Of a stretch of DNA of 64,000 nucleotides, positions 52,156 to 64,000 are shown in pieces (within the stretch, counting starts at the first letter, position 1; every line of letters begins with the position of its first letter). The DNA is taken from assembly GCA_012295275.1 (NCBI GenBank), contig CM022678.1, positions 18,042,001 to 18,106,000 on the forward strand. Reading direction: 5' to 3'. The notes beneath the pieces are model-generated. The model saw only the letters and a program-made list of their open reading frames with translations. It made no database searches and was not told the DNA's origin. The position numbers were made by a program, and so were the translations under genes. The DNA is from Chrysomallon squamiferum. Lineage: Eukaryota > Animalia > Mollusca.

Positions 52156-54999
52156 GAAAAACAAACAAAAATAATTAAAATTAAACTGATATTAATTTTA
52201 TCTAGTGAGTGCACAAAGCCTGGCTATCTCTAACAATTATAATGATATACTCACTGTAATAAATCGAATGATATATGTTCACTATAAAACTGAAATGACA
52301 TTCTATTTAATAATTATTACTACATACTCATTTTAATAAATGAAGGATATACTTATTTTAATAATTGAAATATACTCACTTTAATAATTATAATGATATA
52401 CTTTTATAATTCTGGTTAGATATATCAAGTATGATATACTCACTTTAATGATTATGATGATATACTCACTTTAATAATTGTAATGATATACTCACATTAA
52501 AGATTAAGATGATTCACTTTAATGATTATGATGATATACTCACTTTAACAATTGTAACGATATACTCACATTAAAGATCAAGATGATATACTCACTTTAA
52601 TGATTACGATGATATACTCACTTTAACAATTGTAATGATATACTCACATTAAAGATTAAGATGATTCACTTTAATGATTATAATGATATACTCACTTTAA
52701 CAATTGTAATGATATACTCACATTAAAGATTAAGATGATTCACTTTAATAATTATGATGATATGCTCACTTTAATGATTACGATGATATACTCACTTTAA
52801 TAATTGTAATGATATACTCACATTAAAGATTAAGATGACTCACTTTAATGATTACGATGATATACTCACTTTAATAATTGTAACGATATACTCACATTAA
52901 AGATTAAGATGATTCACTTTAATGATTACGATGATATACTCACTTTAACAACTCCAAAGTCATCATTCCCTTGGGGTTCACTTCCACAGATTTGCCCCAG
53001 AATTTGATTTTTGGGTTGAGTGAGCCGTGGAACCTGTAGGACTGCGACTCAACGTGGAATGCGCTCACTGGGGGGTGGTGACTCACTTGCTCAGCGATCA
53101 GACGAAATCCCATGTCAGGTCTGGAAAAAAAATATAATAATAAAAAATACAATACAATACTATAAATGAAATAAAAAAATAAAAAATATGAATTAAAAAA
53201 AAATATATATATCTAAAGTGAAAAAAAATTGCAACAAAAATCCCACACAGAAAACTCCCATTAATTTGATACAGTACTATCACTACTATTACAGCTGCTA
53301 TTGATACTATTACTATAACAACTACTCCAACTACTACTACTACATCTACTGCTGCTACAGCTATTACTGCTACTGAAATTAAGAATACAACTACCATCAA
53401 CATCACAACTACAGGATTTGTATTGTTAACTTTTTTTTCTACCTTATTATTAAAAAACAACTACTACAATAACTATCCAAAGTAACAGTATAATGACAAC
53501 ATTAAGAATGTAATTACAGGATTTGAAATTGTGGGCTTTTTTTTAGAAAAAAAAAAATAAAAAAAATCAGTATATTTTTATAGTTACCAAAGCAACATGA
53601 AATGAAACAACTAATCATGTAATTCAGATTTGAAACTGCCATGGGCTTTTTTTTACATATGACACTGAAAGGTATTATTTATCAAATGACTGCAAAAAAT
53701 TGGGGTAAAAAAGATGTTGTAGACAGAGAGAGAGAGGAAAATAAAGACTAAATAAAGTATATATCTGACAGAAAGAATCTGAGAGAGAGAGACAAAGAGA
53801 TGTAAGAATAAGACAATCTGATTAGAAAAGATGCTAAATGTGACAGAGAATCAGACAGTCAGACAGGGGATTAAACAGAGCTGTATTTACCGATCCAGCT
53901 CAAAGGTTTCTCCGAGCAGGGGATTGAAAGGTTTGCCAATTCTCTCCCAGTTGTTAGACACAGCAGACACTGCAAACGCAGCCACGTACTGCAACACAAA
54001 ACAGATAAAACACTGAAAAATGTTTTAAAATATAAGCAAGATATCATCTGAAAATAAGTAAAAACTATTTTATCATTTCTTTCCAACGTTTCTTATCAAA
54101 ATACTGTTGTAAAGCAGACATTTTGTTTTTTACATTTCATACTGTTTTAGTTATATTATCTGTCACATGAATTGTATATTAAATAAATAAATAAATAAAT
54201 AATCAAGTAAATAAGAAAATAAATAAATAAGTAAATAAATAAATAAATAAATAAATAAACAAACCAACTTATTATTCTTGCATTGGAAACAGGCATATTA
54301 AAAATAATTAGTAGAAATTGACCAAATGGACAAATTTGTTTTTTACTTTATATATTATTTATTATAATCGTATATGTTCAGGTAAAGGTAACTTGTTAAA
54401 CAAACAATGGATTATTATATCAGTGTAGTTCTAGCAGCCTACAATGTGCAGTTCTCAATCCACTCTGTTGAATGAGAGTACTGATTCTGTACCCACTGTA
54501 GTAATGAGTACTGTCTTAATATTTTGTTCCTTAAATTTATTGCTACCTTTCAGTTATTTTTAATTTTCCACCTGTAATCTACAGAATAAAATAAAATACA
54601 ACCCAATAGAATTCTTTTTTACATGTTTTACAAACTGCCTCTAATGACTACTGTCATAAGAGTTTTTGTTAAATTAAATTTATTGCTAATTTTTAGTTAT
54701 TCTTAATTTTCCACCCATAATCTGTAGAATAAAATATCACCAATAGAGTTCTTTTTTTTACCCACACAAATAAACATTTTTTTTTTTTTTTTTTTTTTTG
54801 CAAACTGTCTCAGGTGTTGAATGGTGCTTGTTTCCTATCTAGTTTTTGTTTGAGATTGTTTCACCTGCATTCGTTCCACTGGGTCATCTGTCTGGCAGGC
54901 TTTCTCCAGCAGGTAGCAGTATTCCATGTACTCTGAGATTCTCTGCAGAAAGCTCAGCGGCTCGTTGAAAATCACTGGCATCGTGATCTTGGACAACTC
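45430..54999 (-). CDS. OSBPL1A: Oxysterol-binding protein-related protein, ORP1/ORP2 subfamily; ORD exons only, upstream exons not found in the window
   Basis: Exons 54999-54865 (ELSKITMPVIFNEPLSFLQR), 53988-53891 (KPFNPLLGETFEL), 53120-52944 (EQVSHHPP signature), 52082-52004 (HNVIVGKLW), 51406-51288, 49470-49370 (KKKLKALYGNW; outgoing phase inconsistent), 48238-48098, 47090-46967 (PSTDARLRPD), 46486-46396 (EKNRLEEQQRAARK) and 45532-45430 (WF..DWLF..YWDRNW..PSIF*). OSBPL1A and OSBPL2 cannot be separated without the N-terminus. A possible poly(A) signal lies at 40793-40788. Confidence 0.92.
48840..49373. repeat. 49-52-bp minisatellite containing the splice donor of the adjacent OSBP exon
   Basis: Units such as ttctaacatactaaccttgtactaactgtataaagattctgacttattaaag; catactaaccttg is the reverse complement of CAAG|GTTAGTATG. 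Confidence 0.9.
50005..51050. repeat. Degenerate intronic tandem repeat (~200-bp period with shorter subunits)
   Basis: gaatttgtaagaat...tgaagacttaattgt.ag.aaagatttt recurs at ~50009, ~50224 and ~50414; subunits like tatggtaatgtaat...ttagaataaa continue to ~51050. Confidence 0.65.
52365..52948. repeat. ~24-bp minisatellite containing the splice donor of the EQVSHHPP exon
   Basis: About 20 or more units of atgatatactcactttaa..att..; on the minus strand many read TTAAA|GTGAGTATATCAT, identical to the real exon end and donor at 52944/52943. Confidence 0.92.
54520..54811. repeat. Degenerate direct duplication (2 x ~140 bp)
   Basis: ttaaatttattgcta...agttatt.ttaattttccacc..taatct..agaataaaata...ccaataga.ttctttttt...caaactg.ctc occurs twice. 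Confidence 0.7.
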
Positions 55000-55796
55000 C
55001 TGAAACAAAATAATAATAGTAGTAGTAGTAGTAATAGTAGTAGTAATAATAATAATAATAATAATAAAATAAATACAACAGTGACAAGGGAAGATTACAA
55101 AGTTATCTACAGACAATGAGAAATATAATATTTATAAATAATGCAAAAACTAAAGATAAGTTAATGAATAAATAAATACAGTAAAATACTAAGAATTAAA
55201 AAGAGAAAAACCCCAATAAAAAACAACAAATGAACCCCCCCAAAAAAAATCCTTTAAATAATTTAAAAAAAAAAAAAAAAAAATCCAATATAACAAAAAA
55301 CAACAAATAACAAAAAAAGAAAAAAAAAAGAAGAAAGATATATAAATGAATAAATAACAGACAAACAATAAAAAGGAATAAAAAAGTTAAATGATAAAAT
55401 CCAATTCTGTTTGTCTTTATGACAGCAATTCGGAATTCTTGTGAAAGTTTTTCCAATTTATTTGGACAACTTAATTATCTTTCTCACTTCTGCTGTTAGA
55501 CCAGAACAATCAAGGAACAAACTAATATTATTCTGTTAGCTATGTGATTTGACTGTCTGTGTGTCTGTTGGTATGTCTGTCCACTGTTTTTAGAACAGAG
55601 TAATTAAGTTGTTGTTACAAATACACACTATCAACTATATGACTTACTGCTTCAAGATTAAAATATGATAAAATTATTTTTTAAAAGTAATTTATTAGAT
55701 GAGATGTTTGTCACTGTTTATCCATGAACTATTTTCAGATTGTAATAACATACACACTCTCTCTCTCTCTCTCATATGTATGTAAATATGAATGAC

Positions 55797-55828
<32 letters not shown>

Positions 55829-56852
55829 TGTATGTTACTATGTATGTATGTTTGTATTGTCTAAAATAATTATGAAAAATAAAACAATCTGGGTAAAAAA
55901 AGATGTAGTATCTACAAGATTCAGTTTATTGTCTGTGTGACTGCTACTTCTGGATTAACAAATAATCTATTAGCAAGTATCTAGATATCAACTGTATGTA
56001 CTTAAGTATACAAAGCTTTTTAATTAAGCTGGTGATTGGGGCTATCTCCAACCATGAGGGGGGCGCCTTGTGCTTGCTGCTTTTTCTCAACAACCCATCA
56101 AATTATATTAATGTTGTTTTGGGGTTTTCTGATGATATCAAAATTAAAAAAATGTTCTGCACATCAAAGTAAACACAGATAACAAATTTATATGTTCATA
56201 TTTTAAAGTTATCTTGACATCCAGATAGAAGAAACTGGAAGTTTTCTTCAGTTTTCAACAAAAACAGGATGTGGTTTGTCCTTGATGAGAGCAAACAAAT
56301 TGTGGTGTCTGAAAATTATTTAAGATAAAACCATAATAAAAATAAAAAATAAAAAATGAAATTAAATAAATAAATTTGAATATCCTGAGTCTTATTTTTA
56401 GACTAAAATAATCTAGAAAAAAGAAAAAGAGAAAGAAAAAGAGAGATAACAATAAATAAAAAGAGTGTAAAAGGTAAATATATATATACAAACACACACA
56501 TGCACATACACATATTCATATATACATATTTAGTAAGTAAGTATATTTTTTGATTTTTCACTACTTTTTGGCTTTAGCAGTTTAAGAACAAATACATAAC
56601 TACCTTTCAGTCTGTCTGTTTATTTGTTTGACCGTCTTATTTTAAGATTGCAATATAATAACAAGAACTAATATATTCATGCAGTCACAAATCAATTGTA
56701 ATATGGATTGAGATAATACACAATTGTGAACAACAATGAACAAGATCTGCAGCACATGCTTTCCTTTCTAATATGTAGATTGCTGAATTATTTTACTGTT
56801 TATGGGTCAATAAACAAATTATGTTTTTATTATAGTTTATATTGTGTCCTAG

Positions 56853-56888
56853 GTGTTTTTCAATGAAAAATTAATATTCATTCCCACC

Positions 56889-56923
<35 letters not shown>

Positions 56924-57001
56924 TATGACAACACTAATTAATTTTGTATTATTACTAGATGGGTGGGGTGTAATATGCATTAATTTTTCAATGAAAAACA
57001 C
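56853..57001. mobile_element. Small MITE-like element, 23-bp terminal inverted repeats
   Basis: gtgtttttcaatgaaaaattaat and attaatttttcaatgaaaaacac pair with one mismatch; inner cccaccc/gggtggg also pair. Confidence 0.5.
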
Positions 57002-58764
57002 ATAACAGATGTGTTATAAATATGAAAATAAAGTAGAGAAAAGAAAAGAAAAGAACTGGGAAAAGAGAAAAATAAACGGAAACAATAAACTGGAAAAATA
57101 AAATGAAAATTATAGAGGAAAGGAAAAATAAAAGTTAACTGAGATGAAAACAGAAAAAAAAGTAAAACAGAAAAAAGAAAAGAAGAAATTTATTGGGTTT
57201 ACTTTTACATTATAGTATTAAAGGTGTAATAACAGAGGGAAAGGAAATAGTAATAATAAAAGTTAAAACAAAAACAAAAAAGAAAAGGAAAGAAGGAAAA
57301 GAATGCTTATGTATATATGTATATATATCAAAAAAAAAGTCAAGAACAGACTCAACAAATTTAATACGCAAACAACTCTTAAATAAAATGTTACAGAACA
57401 AAGGCAATAACAGGGGTGAGAACAGAAGGAGGACAGAACAGAAAATGGCTAAAAGAGGTCTGCTGTTTTGTTCAGGGAAGGAATGTGGTGGTGGGCCTAA
57501 TGTCACAATCAATGTGGTCGATACACATTCATGATGGAGAAGTCAGGTCTGTGGTTTGGTGGGTGATAGTCGAATTAGCACGAAGCTGGCATCTATCAAT
57601 GATTGTGTTTGGTATACTGGATGAAAAAAGAAATGTGGTATCAGTTTGTAGACATTTTGCGATGGTGAAACAAGTGTCTGGAGAACAGTTTGAAGACTGG
57701 AAGCGATATGTTTTTATTTGATTGTATTAAGGATGAAGATGATAATGATAATTATTTTTATTGCCGCATTTAGTTAAAACCCTGATATCATCTGAAGAAA
57801 AAATAAAAAAAATCAAAAAAATAAAAATAATTAAATAAATAAATAATGAACCAGCATCTCATTCAAAGATGAATGGCTCACAAGCAAATGAACTAAGTAA
57901 TTCTCTATCACTGATTTATTTGTGATGACCAACGTTTGCTAATAATAAAGTATGATAACAAAACAACAAATCTGTATGAATGTATCAGGGGTTAACTTTT
58001 TTTGTTTTATCATTATTTCATTTCATAAATGAGTATAAAATGAAAGTAAACTGGATCAAAGTAAATTATAATGTAGTTTATAAAATTTATAAAAATGTCT
58101 ATCTGATGAATAAAAAACTCAACGGGCGTATTTTTCTTTTTTTTTTTTTTAGTACATACTTTATCATTAACGAAGATTTGTAATGAACAATTTTATTTTT
58201 TTAGAATTACATTAAGACTGAAAATACAGCTGAACTCTGCTGTCTTAACTTAATGATAAAATTTTTTTATTTTATGTGAATATTTCAACAGTTAAGAAAA
58301 AAAAAAATTCTGTTCATGTCTAAGGTCATTTATTGGAACAGGAAACAGACTTAATGAATATTCATTTTTATTTTTATTTTTTATTTTTTGGATACTAAAT
58401 AAACTTTAATAGAGAGGATAGTATTTATGTATGTGTATATATGTATGTGTGTATATATATATATATAAAATAAAAAAAAAAAAAAATACAAAAAATATAT
58501 ATACATATATATAGATATAGATAAATTTCAGATGATATTTCAAAGCACACATGGTTGTTGACAGAATAAAGAAAAATCCATTCTTTGATGTTATATTTTT
58601 TGTTTTCTTTTTATAAAAACTGGTTCAAAGCAAAATGTACTTTTAAGACTATTTTAAGAACAATTTTGAAACATTTGATAAAAGTATATAAAAATAAACT
58701 TAAATGCAAAGAGAGTTTTAAAATTTATTTTAATAGTTAACTAAGTATATTTTCTTTTATGCCA

Positions 58765-58810
<46 letters not shown>

Positions 58811-59197
58811 TAAAACTAATGGAATAATTAAAGTTTCTATGTTGTTTTTGTGGAGGGGGAGCTTGTATTTTTTTTTTTTTTTATATTTTTATTTATGTGG
58901 ATCTCATTTTTTGAATTTAATATCTAAATAAAAATTGCTGATATCCTAAAATATCAACATGCAATATCAATACAAATAAAACATAAAATATTCCAGTCAT
59001 CATTAACTAAAGAAATGGTTAATGGTTTTTAACCTTATGTATTTGTATTTGTCAGCATTTGAGTATGTATTTATATTTGTATGTGTGTGCACATGCATGC
59101 CTGTGACATATATCCACACACACACACACACTTGATTCCTCATGAATAAATATGAATGTCTACAGAAAACATGTAAAAATTATACCAAATTTAAGAA

Positions 59198-59263
<66 letters not shown>

Positions 59264-61012
59264 GAGATAAATTAGAGACGGAATTTATGCTGCCTTAGGC
59301 ACCAATAACAATCAGTGAAGTTCTCTATTAGTAAAATTACTTTCAATTCAGTCCTCAACATTCTTCTGACTTTTGACGTATATGTGTGTGAGTGTGTGTG
59401 TGTGTGTGTCTGTCTGACTGTCTGTCTAAAAAGAGCTCTCCATGCTATCTATGTTTTACTTTTCTTGTTTTACGAGCACCTCGGTTTCTAACAAGCTGTG
59501 TAACACTAGACCTAGATGATCATATCTCTGGAGAGTCATTACTCATGGCTGCTTTGAATCGACTCACAAGTCATGTTCTTTTCAACACAGCACAGTGACA
59601 ATAATCAATACTGGTCCATCAGGGTATCAAACATTCTCATTGATCACACCACAACAAATATATGTATATAATTAAAAAAACATAACTTAGTAAACATCGC
59701 TTGACAATGTGTTCTAATGTGATGATGACGTTATTTATTTTAAAACTGATTATCATCTATCTACACACACACAAACACACACAGACACAGTTGTACATCA
59801 TCTATCTATCTATATGATTATATTATATCATTATTATCATCATTGTTATTATTACTGTTATTATTATTTTATTCTTCTCATTAAATTATATCAAAAAAAA
59901 ACAAAAAAACCATCAACCACTTTAAAAAAAAGTCAACAAATCCCTTAGCTATAAAATCGATATTAAAAAAAAAAAATAATGAAAAAAAATAAAAACTTCA
60001 ATCACATCACAATTAATTTATATGAAACACATTATGAAATAATTTCCTGGGCTACATCAAGGAAGAAACCTTCGATGGAAAGAATAATGAGATTGTTTGG
60101 AGAAACTGTAACTGTCGACAGCAGAAAAAAAAAATCAGAGGTATGGTAAACAAACGAAACAAAGAGTTTCTGAAAGACTTCAGGAGTTTACAAGGAAGCT
60201 GCACTGTGAAGAGGATGGGGGGGGAATGATAAAAAAGGGGGGGAATGATAAAAGAGGTGTACGTGCAAATCTGCCCAACAGAAAAAGCCTCAAACTTCCG
60301 ACCTACTGGAAACAAATCAACAGAGAAAATGGAAAGGAGAATAAAGGGGAATAATCAATAATCAATGGTGTGACTGTGTATTTTTTCTAAATTTGGAATC
60401 GCATTTTGTCGTAGAATAACCCACATCACGGTGCACTGGGTTTTAACAATCATTACTAACACAGGTTTGTAGGGGAAAAAAAAAAATAAAAAAAAATAAA
60501 ATAAAATAATGGATGGCGAATAATTTTTTATATTTTCTTGTATATGTGTGTGTATATAATATTAATATTAATAATAAATAAAGAAAAAAAGAAAAAAAGA
60601 AAGAAAAAATAAAGAAAAACAAAGACAGAAACAAACAAGAAATAAGTATGCTAATGTCAGTGCTATAAAACTAATCAGGAGATTAACAAATCAGATGAAA
60701 GCAGCAGTAACAAAATGGCACAAAAATCTGTCGATAAGTCTTCTGCTTCTGTTAAGAAAGAACTGACAGTGTTTTCAGACTCTCACAGACCACTGTGTCC
60801 ATTAGCAACAGCTAATTCATCACAGACTGTATTGATTGAGGTGTGGTCAAGTGTAGGATCGATCCCCTTCACTGGAAATAAGACTAATTGACCAGAGTGA
60901 ATGGTCTAGAGCTTTGTGTGTTGTGAGAAACATTGGAAATGGAAATGGGGAATACATAATAACAATATCAGCAGTAACAATAATAATAATTATAATAATA
61001 ATAATAATAATA

Positions 61013-61120
<108 letters not shown>

Positions 61121-61190
61121 AAGAAGAAGAAGAAGAAGAAGAAGAAGAATAACAATAACAGTAACAATATTAATAACAATAACATTACCA

Positions 61191-61238
<48 letters not shown>

Positions 61239-61247
61239 GTAATAACA

Positions 61248-61279
<32 letters not shown>

Positions 61280-61884
61280 ATATATATATATAAACCAGGT
61301 AAAAAAATCAACACAAAACTTAAAAAATCATTAAAAAAAATTAAAAAAAAAAAATCCTCATACTATCATCTCACAAAGAAAAGAAAAAATAATAATAAAG
61401 TCTATTTCAGTTACATAACTATTAAGTGTGTTGTAAAAATCCATTTCCACATTATTTTAAATAAACAGTTCAGTAATGCACACTGATGCCAAACCAGAAC
61501 TAAACACCACTTCTAAGCATTGTCTGCACAGAGTACGTAATTCACCGCTAATGCATCAATCTGCTGAAACTATTGTAATGTATATGCTTTTTACAGGTAA
61601 TATTTTAACATTTTTCCATTCTATCTACAACATAAATAAACTGCAGTACACAAAAAAGAAAATGAGTTTTAACATGCAACACATGGCATTTCAGTCAGTC
61701 AGTAGAAATAAAATGTACTGGATAAACTGTAACATTCACTCATTCATTTTATCACTAAAAAAACCCACTCAAAAACAACTGTAATATATATGTATATATT
61801 ATATGTGCATATTTGAGCACAGAACTTTTATTTATATAACTCAAATAACTCCACTTCTGTTTTAACCACTTAGCTCTTCAGTCA

Positions 61885-62265
61885 CTAATAATATCCTACA
61901 TAGTGCTCATTTGTAGTCCTCCAAATGAAGACTATGCAGGATATTAATACTGACTAATAATGTTCTACATAGTCCTCATTTTCAGTCTGCACTAATATCC
62001 TACAAAGTCCTCATTTTCAGTCAGTACTAATATCCTACATAGTCCTCATTTTCAGTCAGTATTAACATCCTGCATAGTCCTCATTTTCAGTCAATACTAA
62101 TATCCTGCATAGTCCTCATTTTCAGTCAATACCAATATCCTACATAGTCCTCATTTTCAGTCAGTATTAATATCCTGCATAGTCATCATTTTCAGTCAAT
62201 ACTAATACCCTACATAGTCCTCATTTTCAGTCAATACTAATACACTACATAATGCTCATATTTAG
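61885..62265. repeat. 35-bp minisatellite (agtcctcattttcagtcaatactaatatcctacat) x ~9
   Basis: Head-to-tail copies with no unique spacers, best conserved from 61970 to 62250. Confidence 0.9.
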
Positions 62266-64000
62266 TTACACCAAAATATATACATATACATATATATATA
62301 TATTGTTGTATTGTTAAAATTGTGTTTTTGTTTCATTAAATATCATAATAAAAAACCAAATGGAGCCTTACTTTAATGATAAATGTTTTCTTTTTTTACT
62401 TGTTTGTTTGCACTCTGGTGTTCAAAGAACCATTTGTTACATTAATATTACACTTTTTTCTTCTTTTTTCCCAAAATGTAAATGAGCTTAAATGCTTTTA
62501 CAAAACATGACATTGGCTTCAAGCCAGTTTTCACTGGGAAATAAAAAATGTGAAAAAAGTATTTCAAATTTTTTTAAACTTGTCAACCTTGCCAAGGAGG
62601 CTTGTAAAATATCTTTTTCACACATTTTAAACAAGAACAAAAACAAAAACAAAAACAAACAAAAAAAAAAAAAAAGAAAGAAAAAGAAAGAAAAAAAAAA
62701 AAACCCTGCAGACTTCTACCAAACAATTTTTCACATTACCAGTACTCAGAAAAATTTAAAATGCCTGGCAGATTTTCACGTAACTTTTAATTATTCAAAT
62801 CAAATGCCATCAGCTAAACTGTACAAAGATTTTTTTATTTATTTACTTTTTTTTCCATGCCGTCTGGCAAATTTAATAGTGCTTGCAGAATTTTCGCATC
62901 TAACACAATTCAATAAACACTTGGAGACGAATTCTACATAAAAAAAAAAAAGACCTCACGGAATTCTCTGCTAGTTTCTGATTAGATGCCATAGATCAAC
63001 ACTTCCGTACAGATGTCACCCATCTCAGACGCATTCACATTTATAGATCTGTTGACCTCTGACCCCCAAACTGCAGTATATGAGCTAATCCATCAAATGA
63101 CTCGAGTTTTAAGCTGGGTAGCCGAGATAATAACTATGCAAATCAGAGTAGGATCGGAAACAGAAGTAATTCTAGACTTGTAATGCAAGTAATGAATAAA
63201 ACTTTGGGAGAAATTGCAGAAGAATCAAAAAAGGATTTTACCCATGATGCACAATTTGATAAATATTTACATCTATTCAAAGTCCAAGAAGTAAAAAAAT
63301 TTGGTGCAGATTATTCAATATAATTGCTGATGGAGTTAACAGTATCTGTTAATATAGGAGTTCAAGCATATATGTCCAGTGCACCTTTTTGCTAAGTATA
63401 AGACAGGTTATCACAAATCTGAGATATCTATATCTATCTATCTATCTATCTATATAAACAATATGAAAAAATGTTCCCTCACACACACACACACACACAC
63501 ACACAAGCTTAAAAATGGATCTTTATAAAATATCACAATCAATTTGAGATCTCTGTAAGGAAGCTGGATATGTATGTATGTATATAAGTATACATGTATG
63601 GATGTCTAGATATGATTCCATGTTTTCCCACTGTCAGTGAGAATGAATAAACTCTTTTCATTTCCAGCTCTTCAAGAACAAACAGAGAGCACACAAAAAT
63701 ATCAATAACTGAAAATAATCTACAACAAATAGTTTTAATTTTTCACGACCAAACCCTATGATTCATTAGCATAAAGCAGACTTAAATAAAGATACATATA
63801 ATAAAAACAGCAGTCATTTTCTGTAATCTACAGCGCATGCATGCACACAAACACACACACACATTCATATTTATTTCAACAAATATTCAGTCAGTACTTT
63901 TTTTCAAGTTTTCTTTTCATACTGAAAGTGACACAGGTATTGTAACATTAACATTCCAGTTTCTACCAGTTTTTATGGATCATCATGGATATTGAAAACT

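Noticed and set aside
61885-62265. CRISPR-like array
   Set aside because: The 35-bp units are contiguous with no unique spacers, there are no cas genes, and the context is a eukaryotic intron.

Overview
AT-rich, microsatellite-dense eukaryotic DNA, probably from an invertebrate (mollusc-like; the species cannot be fixed from sequence), carrying five intron-containing genes that I reconstructed by hand from GT-AG sites and reading-frame phase. (1) A GGT7-like gamma-glutamyltransferase on the minus strand (ATG 8889, running off the left edge), with one disrupted exon. (2) A CREBL2/REPTOR-BP bZIP gene on the plus strand with two homologous alternative last exons, giving a ~411-aa form with a long tail or a ~111-aa canonical form. 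(3, 4) Two tandem minus-strand genes, each a TRIM-type RING exon fused to one large disordered exon, with no B-box. One has a 1-nt frameshift in a G run. (5) The 3' ORD-encoding part of an ORP1/ORP2-type oxysterol-binding protein gene on the minus strand. Most ORFs in the supplied track are microsatellite artefacts. The most interesting signals are the duplicated-exon isoform switch and uORF layout of CREBL2, a chain of exon-like islands upstream of it, the RING-plus-disordered-tail pair with a shared linear motif and SIM-like sites, clustered CRE/PAR-type bZIP sites, and minisatellites that contain splice donors. No searches or computations were run.
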